A stretch of 64,000 bases of DNA from an uncultured delta proteobacterium (lineage in GTDB: Bacteria > Desulfobacterota > Desulfomonilia > UBA1062). Below, piece after piece: positions 1 through 9,574 of the stretch. A program made the position numbers and the translations under genes. Position 1 is the first letter of the stretch. Each line of letters opens with the position of its first letter. The stretch is taken from NCBI GenBank assembly GCA_963752595.1, contig CAVVYZ010000017.1:32001-96000 (forward strand), in the 5' to 3' direction. The notes below the pieces were generated by a model. It searched no databases and had not been told where the DNA came from. It worked only from the letters and a program-made list of their open reading frames with translations.

Positions 1-676
1 TCAGCCTTTCTGCCAGCGGGGTAATAGCGATCTGCTCGGTAGCGAAGTGCCCGAGATCAACGACATTTATGCCGGATTCTTTTGCATCCAAAGCTCCATG
101 ATATTTTACATCTCCGGTAACAAAGGTATCGCATCCCATATCACCGGCGTTTTTTACATACTCCATGCCGCTGCCCGGGCATATACATACATTCTTTACG
201 GGCCGACCGGCATCCACGATCCGTACTGTTTCGAAAGGCAGGCCCATCGCCCATGCGCGAAGCGGCTTCTCTCCACCTACTGTCCCGAGCCGCAAAGGGC
301 CAAAGGATCGTATATCCCGAAGAGAGACCCTCTGTGCAAGCATATCGGATACCCCGCCTGCTGCAATATCGAAATTCGTGTGCATGCTTATAAGAGCGAT
401 GGATGAGCGGATGAGCGCCCCGATTTTCCGCGAGAGCGCTTCTCGAAGATCGATCCTCTTAAGGGGAGCATATATAAGGGGGTGATGAGTAATGATAAGG
501 TCTTTTCCGGATTCCGCTGCTGCTTCGATTACTTCATGGGACGGGTCCAGTGCGACGAGAATGGACCGGACTTCCTGGTAGGGATCTCCCACCATGAGCC
601 CTACATTATCCCACTGCTCCGCAGTTTGAAAGGGGGCTATGGAATCAAGAACTGTGAGTATATCGAGCAACTGCAT
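1..676 (-). CDS. Nif3/YbgI-like dinuclear metal center protein, running off the window edge (not in the ORF track)
   Basis: Manual translation from ATG at 676: MQLLDIL...AEQWDNVGLMVG...LIITHHPL...SMHTNFD...VTGDVKYH...DLGHFATEQ; AAGGA SD upstream. Confidence 0.9.
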   Translation of the reverse strand, partial: MQLLDILTVLDSIAPFQTAEQWDNVGLMVGDPYQEVRSILVALDPSHEVIEAAAESGKDLIITHHPLIYAPLKRIDLREALSRKIGALIRSSIALISMHTNFDIAAGGVSDMLAQRVSLRDIRSFGPLRLGTVGGEKPLRAWAMGLPFETVRIVDAGRPVKNVCICPGSGMEYVKNAGDMGCDTFVTGDVKYHGALDAKESGINVVDLGHFATEQIAITPLAERL

Positions 677-690
677 CCTTTTCCACGAAT

Positions 691-722
691 AAAAAAGGGG
701 ATGCTTGTCGAAGCATCCCCTT
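691..722 (-). terminator. Intrinsic terminator-like hairpin between the tRNA and nif3
   Basis: Minus strand reads GGGGATGCTT-CGAC-AAGCATCCCC followed by T6. Confidence 0.7.
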
Positions 723-806
723 GTCTGTCTCGCAAGAGATTATATGTCCTTTGGCGATATCAGAAAGCAACCCTTTCACTCCCTTTGCTTTTATCTCTTC
801 GTTCTA

Positions 807-879
807 TGGGCCCACCTGGAATCGAACCAGGGACCTACCGGTTATGAGCCGGTGGCTCTACCAATTGAGCTATGGGCCC
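807..879 (-). tRNA. tRNA with CAT anticodon, most likely tRNA-Ile2 (lysidine type); 3' CCA not encoded
   Basis: GGGCCCATAGCTCAATTGGTAGAGCCACCGGCTCATAACCGGTAGGTCCCTGGTTCGATTCCAGGTGGGCCCA folds as a cloverleaf; paired 1-72 and no GGG/CCC anticodon stem argue against fMet; resembles Ile2 tRNAs. Confidence 0.9.
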
Positions 880-926
880 TTTTACTTGAAGGTTCATAAT
901 CCAAACGAAAACATAGTGTCAAGCTC

Positions 927-2693
927 TTATTTGCCCCCCAGAGCCTCTAGGATATTCACGATTTTTATCCCCTCGTTGATGGTCTTGATACTTGAGTCGA
1001 TCTTCAGGAGCTCTTCTTGCAGGCGAGCCTTCTCTTTCTCATCGGTTTCTCGGGAGAGCTGCTCATCGACCAGCCCCTTGAGACCTTCCATGTATGCCCG
1101 TTCCCGATCCGGAAGCGAGAGGATCTTCGGCACCTCTGTCTGTGATCCGGACGAGGTTTCCCGCAAGAAATCGATTACATCCGGAGACTCCGACCTCGTC
1201 AACCCATGCTGCATATCCGTGTTCATGAATATGACCTCGTCATAATAGAAGCCGAAAACTTTCTTGATAAGTATTGATCTGTGGTCCAGGAGGTCATTTA
1301 TATAGCCGGATAGATCAGAAAATTTCTTTTCGCTTCTTTCCTCGATCTTAAGTATCTCCGCTTTATCGGTACAGGTGTAGCAATCTTTTATGGATTCATA
1401 GAACAATTCATAATAGCAGTGCAGGGCAAAGAATATGAGAAAATCGGCTACGACATTGCCGTTTGTTGTACAGGAACTTGTGGAAAGCGCTCCTCCCCTC
1501 TTGATGATCTCTTCCGGGGCCTTGAAGAACCAGTCGGTCCCGAAGATGCCGGGGACATTCGTAATAGCTTCATATTTCAGCCCGTTGCTTCGTGCCTTAT
1601 CTACAATCTCCTTGTCCCGATAGATCATGCCGAGGGCCTTGAGATTGGGAATGAGTGCTCCACAGATGAAGCCGTACTCATTATCCTCATAGAAGCTGAA
1701 GGAAAGATAGTTCGGAGAGGTGACATTGAGAAAATCAGGGGGGAAATTGATGAGGATTCCCTCGCCGTCTATTTCCCGGATGGTAGTGGGTTTCTTCTTG
1801 AGGAACTGGGCATATGCATTGAAGGCATCAGTTTGCAGGATACTGTCCATAATCCTCTTGAAAATGCTCTGAAATTTTTTGGAAGCCTTCCTCTGCTCAA
1901 ATTGATTGAACTGGTACAAAGGATCTCTCAGGGCAAGGCCTGTCCTGAATAATGTCCCTGTGGGGCTCGAGTTTCTGGAGCACAGTACACTGATCTCATC
2001 CTGCCGGGATAAAAGCCTGCTCTCCCATCCCTTTGCAGGGGCAGATTCGAGGAATCCCATGGCATACTGTTTTTCATGGATCTTATCCATCCACTTCTTC
2101 ATCCTGTCGGCCTTCTTTGCAGTATCGCCCACGCAGGACAGGAGGACATTTGCCCCGAGATCATAGGCAGTATCAAGGACCGTGTCCATGATGGCTTCGG
2201 CGGAGAGCTCACCGAAACGTACATTCGCATGGCGGATAATGGAAAGCACCTCCTGTTTGTCTTTGGAATAGATTTTTATTGCCGGCAGCCCTTCGGGGGT
2301 ATCCACGATCTCCTGGCGGTCGTAGGGGATTATATGATCCCTCTGGGGTTCTTCTGCAAGCGACTGCTCCACGTATTTGGTCCTTAATTCATGCTTGCCG
2401 TCCGACTTGATCCGGTAAATCGGATGGCCATTCTTGTCATATCCCTCTAGGACCTTCGATTTTTCAGAGCGCAAGACTCCGGCCAGGAGCTGCTGCACGG
2501 TAGGAATGTCAGCGGTAAAAGCACCGCAAACAACATCTATCCAGACATCGTCATCCTTCAACTCTTTGTGCTTGAATCGTGTGAGGATATCTTCGTTATT
2601 TTCCATGGAAGCATAGATTGCCTGGAGCCCCATCCTTCCATTTGCCCCTCTGATGGCGACTCTGATTACAGGAACTTTGTCTCTGATATCCAT
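927..2693 (-). CDS. Highly divergent GAPDH-like protein with large insertions and C-terminal truncation (588 aa)
   Basis: Motifs in GAPDH order: IRVAIRGANGRMG, ANVLLSCVG, ESAPAKG, TNVPG, SSCTTN, MQHGLT, TSSG; GGAGG SD. Confidence 0.65.
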   Translation of the reverse strand: MDIRDKVPVIRVAIRGANGRMGLQAIYASMENNEDILTRFKHKELKDDDVWIDVVCGAFTADIPTVQQLLAGVLRSEKSKVLEGYDKNGHPIYRIKSDGKHELRTKYVEQSLAEEPQRDHIIPYDRQEIVDTPEGLPAIKIYSKDKQEVLSIIRHANVRFGELSAEAIMDTVLDTAYDLGANVLLSCVGDTAKKADRMKKWMDKIHEKQYAMGFLESAPAKGWESRLLSRQDEISVLCSRNSSPTGTLFRTGLALRDPLYQFNQFEQRKASKKFQSIFKRIMDSILQTDAFNAYAQFLKKKPTTIREIDGEGILINFPPDFLNVTSPNYLSFSFYEDNEYGFICGALIPNLKALGMIYRDKEIVDKARSNGLKYEAITNVPGIFGTDWFFKAPEEIIKRGGALSTSSCTTNGNVVADFLIFFALHCYYELFYESIKDCYTCTDKAEILKIEERSEKKFSDLSGYINDLLDHRSILIKKVFGFYYDEVIFMNTDMQHGLTRSESPDVIDFLRETSSGSQTEVPKILSLPDRERAYMEGLKGLVDEQLSRETDEKEKARLQEELLKIDSSIKTINEGIKIVNILEALGGK

Positions 2694-2943
2694 ATGGTAA
2701 CCTCCACCTGTTTTATTAATGAATGATGCATTCTGAGAGCCGATAAATCATATACCAGATCGGCCATTTTCAGGCAAGGGGATCGAGGTCCTTCCTTTCC
2801 TCATCTCCTAGAAGAGAATATAGCGGCCAGCCTCTCACTTTTCTATGTACCTCGTTTTGTGAATAAAAGTTCACTGCACAATCTTTAAAACCTATTGTAT
2901 ATCGATGCGCCCCTCGCTTTTCCCGGTGTCGTTTTCCTGATAT

Positions 2944-4089
2944 ATGGAGGAAATGGTAGAAGTGGATATTACGATTATCGGCGCAGGGGTCATCGGCCTT
3001 TCCATTGCTCGAGAACTCGGCTCCTGTGCTGACCACGTGGTGATCATGGAAAAAGAGCCGAGGCCCGGCATGGGAATCAGCTCGAGAAACAGCGAGGTCA
3101 TCCATTCAGGGATATATTATCCAACAGGATCGCTCAAGGCACGGTTTTGCGTAGAGGGTTCCGTGATGCTCTCAGAATACTGTACATCCCACAAAGTCCC
3201 TTATCAGAACCCGGGAAAGGTCATCGTTGCAACCGAACCATCTGAAGAAAAGACCGTTGAAAAACTCTTTCTCAAGGGGACGGATAATTGCGTACAAGGC
3301 TTGAAAATCCTCACCAGATCCGAGCTCAAAAAGATCGAACCGAACGTATCAGGCATATGCGCCCTGCATTCTCACCACACAGGAATTATTGACTCCCACC
3401 GCCTCATCAAGTCATTGGAAGCACAGTGCCTCGACAAGGGGGTTTCCATCTTTTATAATACGGAGATTACCGCCCTTCAGAATTCATCTGCAGGCTTTGT
3501 ATGCACAGCCTGCAGCCTGAACGGAAATCCTTATACATTCTCTTCAAGGGTCGTGATCAATGCTACAGGGCTCTTTTCCGACAAAATAGCGGCTTTGGCC
3601 GGTATCGATATAGATGCTGCAGGATATCGCATCTATCCGGTGAAAGGCGAGTATTTTCGGGTGAGGGGAGGCAAACACAAACTCGTGGGCGGCCTCGTCT
3701 ACCCGGTCCCTGAGAGAAACCTCAAGGGCCTAGGCATCCATGCCACGAAGGACCTTGAGGGATTTTTACGGCTGGGTCCGAACGCTTTTCCCGTCGATGA
3801 CATCACCTATGATGTGGATAGCTCTCATGCAAATATATTCTATGAGAGCGCCAGGGGCATGCTCCCTTTCCTGGATCCTTCCGATCTCGTTCCCGACATG
3901 GCAGGCATCAGGCCGAAAATACAGAAGCCAGGAGGTTCCCAGAAGGATTTCATGATCTGCCATGAGGAAGCACATGGGCTTGCCGGGCTTTTTACCCTTG
4001 CCGGCATCGAATCTCCGGGGCTTACCTCATGCCTCTCCATCGGCAGGTATGTTGCCGCTCTGGTGAAAAAGGCCGGATTGATCTCCTAG
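2944..4089 (+). CDS. FAD-dependent oxidoreductase, L-2-hydroxyglutarate oxidase (LhgO)-like
   Basis: IIGAGVIG, SSRNSEVIHSGIYY, GIRPK, GIESPGLTS; start may be ATG 2953 after GGAGG. Confidence 0.85.
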   Translation: MEEMVEVDITIIGAGVIGLSIARELGSCADHVVIMEKEPRPGMGISSRNSEVIHSGIYYPTGSLKARFCVEGSVMLSEYCTSHKVPYQNPGKVIVATEPSEEKTVEKLFLKGTDNCVQGLKILTRSELKKIEPNVSGICALHSHHTGIIDSHRLIKSLEAQCLDKGVSIFYNTEITALQNSSAGFVCTACSLNGNPYTFSSRVVINATGLFSDKIAALAGIDIDAAGYRIYPVKGEYFRVRGGKHKLVGGLVYPVPERNLKGLGIHATKDLEGFLRLGPNAFPVDDITYDVDSSHANIFYESARGMLPFLDPSDLVPDMAGIRPKIQKPGGSQKDFMICHEEAHGLAGLFTLAGIESPGLTSCLSIGRYVAALVKKAGLIS

Positions 4090-5354
4090 AATCGATAAAC
4101 GCTTTGGCCGCAGGCGATCGTATGAACGACCCTTCCCTGAAATTCCTGCCCCAAGAAAGGAGAGTTCTTCGATTTGGAGAGTATGCCCTCTTCCGTGAAC
4201 GTCCAACGGGCATCCGGGTCGAAAAGTACGATATCCGCCCGTGCTCCTGCGGTTAATGCGCCTCCGTCAATGCCTAGGATCCGGGCAGGATTGACGGTTG
4301 CACGTTTCAAGAGCTCCATGAAATCGATCCCGCATTCGCTATGAACCTTCATGATGGCCGGAAGAAGGGTCTGCAGGCCGAGAATGCCAAAAGGTGCCAG
4401 GTCGAAATCAAGATCCTTCTCGTCCTTGGTATGAGGGGCATGGTCAGTGGCGATGCAGTCGATGGTCCCATCCGTGAGCCCCTCGATGAGTGCAAGCCTG
4501 TCTTCCTCTCTGCGTAGCGGAGGATACATTTTGGCATTGGTGTCATAACCCTGCACCCTGTCCTCGGTGAGAAGCAGGTGATGAGGGGTGACATCGCAGG
4601 TAACCTTGACGCCGTCACGCTTTGCCTGCTTGACGATTTCGAGGCCCTTTTTTGTGGAAATATGGGTGATGTGAACAGGAAGCTCAGTATATCCGGCAAT
4701 GAGCACATCCCGGGAGATTATGATGTCTTCGCTCGCGTTCGGTATCCCCGCAAGCCCGAGTCTGGATGAGAGTGCGCTCTCGTTCATGACCCCGTCCGCG
4801 CTCAATGCCTTATCCTGGCAGTGGGTGATCACTGGAAGACCGAAAGTGGAGGCATACTCCATTGCCCTTCTCATCATCGAGGCCTTTTCGACTGTCTTCC
4901 CGTCATCAGTTACGGCCACGATACCTGCAGCCTTCATGAGCCCCATCTCGGCAAGCTCGACGCCCTTGAGCTCCTTGGTGAGTGCCCCCGCAGGAAGGAC
5001 ACGTATTACTGCCTTGGCCCTTGCCTTTTCAATGATATACCGGGTTACCGAAGGGTTGTCGTTTACCGGGTCGGTATTGGGCATGCAGACAATGGTCGTC
5101 ACCCCACCGGCTGCTGCAGCATGGCTTCCTGAAACGATATCTTCCTTGTATTCGTAGCCCGGATCACGCAGGTGCACGTGCATGTCGATGAGCCCGGGCA
5201 ATACCCATAAGCCCTGTGCATCGATAGTTTCGCCGTCTCTGCCTTTGTCTTCTCCGGGATAGACACCCGTAATGATTCCTTCAGTAACTTGAATATCTCC
5301 TGTCTGGACGGTGCCGGCTGCCGGATCGAATATTTTTCCGCCCTTAATCCACAT
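4086..5354 (-). CDS. pyrC: Dihydroorotase
   Basis: PGLIDMHVHLRDPG, ATDHAPH, SKSKNSPF; operon with pyrB. Confidence 0.95.
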   Translation of the reverse strand: MWIKGGKIFDPAAGTVQTGDIQVTEGIITGVYPGEDKGRDGETIDAQGLWVLPGLIDMHVHLRDPGYEYKEDIVSGSHAAAAGGVTTIVCMPNTDPVNDNPSVTRYIIEKARAKAVIRVLPAGALTKELKGVELAEMGLMKAAGIVAVTDDGKTVEKASMMRRAMEYASTFGLPVITHCQDKALSADGVMNESALSSRLGLAGIPNASEDIIISRDVLIAGYTELPVHITHISTKKGLEIVKQAKRDGVKVTCDVTPHHLLLTEDRVQGYDTNAKMYPPLRREEDRLALIEGLTDGTIDCIATDHAPHTKDEKDLDFDLAPFGILGLQTLLPAIMKVHSECGIDFMELLKRATVNPARILGIDGGALTAGARADIVLFDPDARWTFTEEGILSKSKNSPFLGQEFQGRVVHTIACGQSVYRF

Positions 5355-6276
5355 TTATGTTTCCTCCCATCGACAGGTAGAGCAGTGTCATCCGTATGGC
5401 CACCCCATTTTCCACCTGGTCGAGGATTATCGAGCGGGCACTGTCTGCAGCATCATAGGTAATTTCAACCCCTCTGTTCATGGGTCCCGGATGCATGATG
5501 ACCGCCCCTTCCTTCATCATGTCCACCCGCCTCTTATTCAACCCGTAAAATATGGAGTATTCCCTTGAATCAGGGAAAAATCGTTCGTGAAGCCGCTCCT
5601 TCTGAACCCGGAGCATCATGATTGCATCGACCTCGGGGATGACCGGATCGAACTCTGTCATCACGTCCGCACCCCATGTCTCCACACCGCGAGGGAGCAG
5701 TGTTTTTGGTGCCACAAGGACTACATTCGCTCCCATTTTTTTGAGTCCGTAGACATTGCTTCTTGCCACCCTGGAGTGCATGATATCGCCCACAATGGCT
5801 ATCTTAAGACCATCCAGACTGCCGAAATGCTCCTTCATGGAATACATGTCAAGCAGAGCCTGCGTAGGGTGCTCATGGTATCCATCCCCTGCATTGATAA
5901 CCGAGCAGGGTAGCAGCTCCGCCATCTTCTTTGGTATTCCTGCATATGGATATCGGATAATGATGCAGTCCGGGGCCATTGCCATGACATTATAAGCCGC
6001 ATCCATTATGGTTTCACCCTTGGCAAAGGAAGATCCGGAAGCGGACAGTGTTGTGGTATCGGCGCTCAGGCGTTTTGCAGCGATCTCAAAGGAGAGCCTC
6101 GTCCTCGTGCTTGCTTCGTAGAACAGGAGGACTACGGTTTTGCCGCGCAAGGTAGGAACCTTTTTAATGTCTCTCTTGGATATTTCCTTGAAAGAGGATG
6201 CCATATCGAGGATGAGCCCTATCTCTACCGACGTCAGATCCTGTATGGCGATGATATCCTTGTGGGGCCAGTTCAT
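5344..6276 (-). CDS. pyrB: Aspartate carbamoyltransferase catalytic subunit
   Basis: FYEASTRTRLSF, HPTQALLD, HPGPMNRGVEI. Confidence 0.97.
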   Translation of the reverse strand: MNWPHKDIIAIQDLTSVEIGLILDMASSFKEISKRDIKKVPTLRGKTVVLLFYEASTRTRLSFEIAAKRLSADTTTLSASGSSFAKGETIMDAAYNVMAMAPDCIIIRYPYAGIPKKMAELLPCSVINAGDGYHEHPTQALLDMYSMKEHFGSLDGLKIAIVGDIMHSRVARSNVYGLKKMGANVVLVAPKTLLPRGVETWGADVMTEFDPVIPEVDAIMMLRVQKERLHERFFPDSREYSIFYGLNKRRVDMMKEGAVIMHPGPMNRGVEITYDAADSARSIILDQVENGVAIRMTLLYLSMGGNINVD

Positions 6277-6812
6277 TTTTTCACCCCGCTTACGATCACA
6301 TCTTTGATGGTAATTCCATCAGGTGCCGCCGCTTCGATTTTTATGATCTTTTCCTCGGGGATGCTCATCTGCTTGCCGACAAAATCGGGCTGGATGGGCA
6401 ACTCTCTCCCGCCACGATCGAAGAGTACCATGAAGTAAATCCTCTTGGGGCGTCCAAAATCTAAAATATGATCTATGGCAGCACGGACTGACCTGCCCGT
6501 ATTGATAACGTCATCAACGAGGATCACCCGCTTATTATCTACGGAAAACGGGATATCAGTACTCCTCACCTCTGGAGAAAAGAGTCTCTTGGATACATCA
6601 TCCCGGTACAGGGCGATGTCCAGGGTACCCAGGGGAAGCATCCCTGTCTTTTGTTCAAGGAGCTTCACCACATTCCTTGCCACTAGTACGCCGCCGCTCC
6701 TGATCCCGATAAAGACCACGTCATTCCAGGGCTTGATCGCTTCCATGAGCTGATCGGCTAGGTCCTTCAGAATTGCAGTAATCTCTTTTTCGCTCATGAC
6801 TATTTCCGACAT
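6273..6812 (-). CDS. pyrR: Bifunctional pyr regulator / uracil phosphoribosyltransferase
   Basis: LDIALYRDD, LVDDVINTGRS, DRGGRELPIQPDFVG. Confidence 0.93.
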   Translation of the reverse strand: MSEIVMSEKEITAILKDLADQLMEAIKPWNDVVFIGIRSGGVLVARNVVKLLEQKTGMLPLGTLDIALYRDDVSKRLFSPEVRSTDIPFSVDNKRVILVDDVINTGRSVRAAIDHILDFGRPKRIYFMVLFDRGGRELPIQPDFVGKQMSIPEEKIIKIEAAAPDGITIKDVIVSGVKK

Positions 6813-6822
6813 ATATACACCT

Positions 6823-7446
6823 CTAATGGACCAGATGTCCTATCCGGTTGAAGCGTATCCAATGCTTCGAACTATCCCATGAGAAATAAATGATAAAGGC
6901 CTTGCCTTTGATATTCTGCACAGGGACAAATCCCCAGAACCTGCTGTCATAGCTCTGGTCTCTGTTATCTCCCATAACAAAGCAGGTACCCGGATCCACC
7001 TTGACCGGACCGAAATTGTCCCGGACCATTCCTTGCCCCTGGGTAAGGATGAATGGGTCCGTATGCTTCTCGTAGGGTATTTCGAAGGGCTGGCCGTTGA
7101 TGTATACATTCTTTTCCCTGACCTCGACAGTATCGCCCGGAAGGCCGATCACCCGTTTCACGAAATCCATTGCGTGGTTTCCCGGGAAAGTGAAGATGAC
7201 GATTTCGCCTCTATTGGGAACTTTGTCGGCTCCCCAGACCTTGCGCGTGGTGAACGGCACCGTCATGCCGTAGTTGTATTTGGTCGCGAGGATATGATCC
7301 CCCTTGAGCAGGGTATCTTCCATGGATGATGATGGTATCCGGTAGGCTTGTAGAACGAAGGCCCTGATAATCATAGCAATGACAAAGGCAACGGTAAGAG
7401 CCTCTATCCAATCCCTCGCTACGCTTTTCTGTTTTATATCGCTCAA
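6823..7446 (-). CDS. lepB: Signal peptidase I
   Basis: IPSSSM, FVKRVIGLPGD, MGDNRDQSYDSRFWG. Confidence 0.95.
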   Translation of the reverse strand: MSDIKQKSVARDWIEALTVAFVIAMIIRAFVLQAYRIPSSSMEDTLLKGDHILATKYNYGMTVPFTTRKVWGADKVPNRGEIVIFTFPGNHAMDFVKRVIGLPGDTVEVREKNVYINGQPFEIPYEKHTDPFILTQGQGMVRDNFGPVKVDPGTCFVMGDNRDQSYDSRFWGFVPVQNIKGKAFIIYFSWDSSKHWIRFNRIGHLVH

Positions 7447-7648
7447 AACTTACTCCTTTACCTGTAGGATTCGAGAAAATCTTCAGTCTGTATCTGCCCG
7501 TACTTTACAGGTATTTTATGCATTTACCACTATTTATCAGAATATAACTCATAACTAAAGACGATTCCATATGTATGATCTCTTCCTTTGGGTGTAGCTC
7601 TAACACAGGTCAGGAAAGAAAGGATAGGCCATATCACAGGTTAAGAGT

Positions 7649-8530
7649 CTAGACGGGACTCGATCTGCGGTACTCAATGAGGAATTCTTTGATATATTTA
7701 TCCAGTGATATCTGCCATGCAGGCATGAGCTTGCCTGTGACCTCGGTGAAACGCTTCGTGGAAAGTATACTATTCGCTGGCCTCTTCGCAGGACGGGGGT
7801 ATTCGCTGGTCGATACAGGGACAACCTCTGTCGGAATCCCAACCAGCTCTACGGCCTTCCTGGCGAGATCATACCATGTTGCTTTACCTCTGTTGCAGAC
7901 ATGATAGATTCCTTGGGCATCGCAGTCGATGAGAAGTCTGACGGCCTTGGCGAGGTCCTTGGAATAGGTTGGAGAGCCCCACTGATCGTTCACAACGGTA
8001 ATCTTGTCTCGGTCCTTGGCGATCCCTAGGATGGCGGAAACGAAGTTCTTCCCATGAGGACCGAAGAGCCATTGGGTTCTCACGATGGAATAATGCTCCA
8101 TGCCCTCCAGAACGGCGATTTCCCCTGCCCGTTTGCTCTTCCCATATATACTCGTAGGACCTGTTTTATCACCTTCGGTATACGGATCCTCTTTGCATCC
8201 ATCAAAAACATAATCGGTACTGATATGAAGGAGCTTTGCCCCAAATTCCTCACAAACCCTGGCCAGGTTTCCGGGAGCCTTTGCATTGAGCTCGAATGCC
8301 ATGTCCTGGTTTGTTTCACATCCGTCGACATCCGTATATGCCGCGCAGTTGATGACCCAATCAGGCTTCATGGTTAACAGAATACTACGGATAGATGCCA
8401 TGTCGGTGATATCGAGATGGAGGCTCGGAGGAACGATATCAGTTCTGAAAACCGTATCCCCCTGCCCTTCACACACTATCCCGACTTCATATCCCAAGAG
8501 GCCTTGAGAGCCAGTGACCAGAATCTTCAT
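7649..8530 (-). CDS. rfbD: dTDP-4-dehydrorhamnose reductase
   Basis: MKILVTGSQGLLG, ISTDYVFDG, YGKSK; ATG 8530 overlaps the rfbB stop (ATGA). Confidence 0.93.
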   Translation of the reverse strand: MKILVTGSQGLLGYEVGIVCEGQGDTVFRTDIVPPSLHLDITDMASIRSILLTMKPDWVINCAAYTDVDGCETNQDMAFELNAKAPGNLARVCEEFGAKLLHISTDYVFDGCKEDPYTEGDKTGPTSIYGKSKRAGEIAVLEGMEHYSIVRTQWLFGPHGKNFVSAILGIAKDRDKITVVNDQWGSPTYSKDLAKAVRLLIDCDAQGIYHVCNRGKATWYDLARKAVELVGIPTEVVPVSTSEYPRPAKRPANSILSTKRFTEVTGKLMPAWQISLDKYIKEFLIEYRRSSPV

Positions 8531-9543
8531 CGATTTGCATACATCCTTTCGTAATACTTTTGATAATCTCCCGAAAGAATCTTCTCCCACCAGGGTTTAT
8601 TGTCCAAGTACCACTTCACGGTCTTTTCTATCCCTGTCTCGAAGTCCACCAATGGTCTCCAGCCAAGCTCGGATTCTATTTTCGAAAAGTCCATGGCATA
8701 CCGGAAATCATGCCCTGGCCGGTCTTTGACATATTTAATAAGGGTCTCGGGCTTCCGGAGGGATTGTAAAATATTCCGGACAATGAGGATATTCTCTTTT
8801 TCTGCATCCCCTCCCATGTTATAGGCCTCACCGCCCCTGCCCTTTTCTGCAACCATGACGATCCCGCAGCAGTGGTCATCCACATAGATCCAATCGCGAA
8901 CATTCCTGCCATCGCCGTATACCGGTAGCTCGCGATCACTGCAGGCATTCAAGACCATGAGAGGGATGAGCTTTTCAGGAAACTGATAAGGCCCATAATT
9001 GTTGGAGCACCGGGTGATGACCGCTTCAAGGCCGAAGGTCTTTACATATGACCTTACCAGAAGGTCGGCAGCGGCCTTTGAGGCGGAATACGGACTGTTC
9101 GGCGCCATGGGAAGATTCTCCTTGAATCTGCCGTCAGGCCCGAGGCTCCCATAAACCTCATCTGTCGATACATGCAGGAATCTGCCGACCTTGTGCCTCA
9201 CCGCTGCATCGAGCAGCACCTGAACACCCAGGACATTGGTCCTGATGAAAATACCGGCATCCTCAATGCTCCTGTCAACGTGGGATTCGGCCGCAAGATT
9301 CAGAACCAGATCGAATGCATGCTGAGCAAAGGCAGCATCCACCACGGCACCATCGGATATATCGGCCTTGATAAAGGTATATCTCCCCGGATACTCTTCC
9401 TCTAGTCCCAGGGTATTTTCCAGATTCCCTGCATAGGTCAGGAGATCGAGATTCACGAGTCTCCAATCAGGCTTATTCGCAAGGATGTACCGTATGAGAT
9501 TCGTCCCGATAAACCCGCATCCGCCTGTCAGCAATACATTCAT
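8527..9543 (-). CDS. rfbB: dTDP-glucose 4,6-dehydratase
   Basis: GGCGFIG, AAESHVDRSI, STDEVYG, YSASK, DRPGHD. Confidence 0.96.
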   Translation of the reverse strand: MNVLLTGGCGFIGTNLIRYILANKPDWRLVNLDLLTYAGNLENTLGLEEEYPGRYTFIKADISDGAVVDAAFAQHAFDLVLNLAAESHVDRSIEDAGIFIRTNVLGVQVLLDAAVRHKVGRFLHVSTDEVYGSLGPDGRFKENLPMAPNSPYSASKAAADLLVRSYVKTFGLEAVITRCSNNYGPYQFPEKLIPLMVLNACSDRELPVYGDGRNVRDWIYVDDHCCGIVMVAEKGRGGEAYNMGGDAEKENILIVRNILQSLRKPETLIKYVKDRPGHDFRYAMDFSKIESELGWRPLVDFETGIEKTVKWYLDNKPWWEKILSGDYQKYYERMYANR

Positions 9544-9574
9544 TCAATCCCCCTCGTATGTTGCCTGATGTTTG

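Noticed and set aside
2720-2734. TGAATG-ATG-CATTCT palindrome upstream of the GAPDH-like gene as a second fad-type operator
   Set aside because: The spacing differs from the 43671 site and the arms are short, so it is not enough to claim a shared regulon.
6812-7648. PyrR attenuator upstream of pyrRBC
   Set aside because: lepB ends 10 nt before pyrR, and I see no AGTCCAGAGAGG-like binding loop upstream of lepB.
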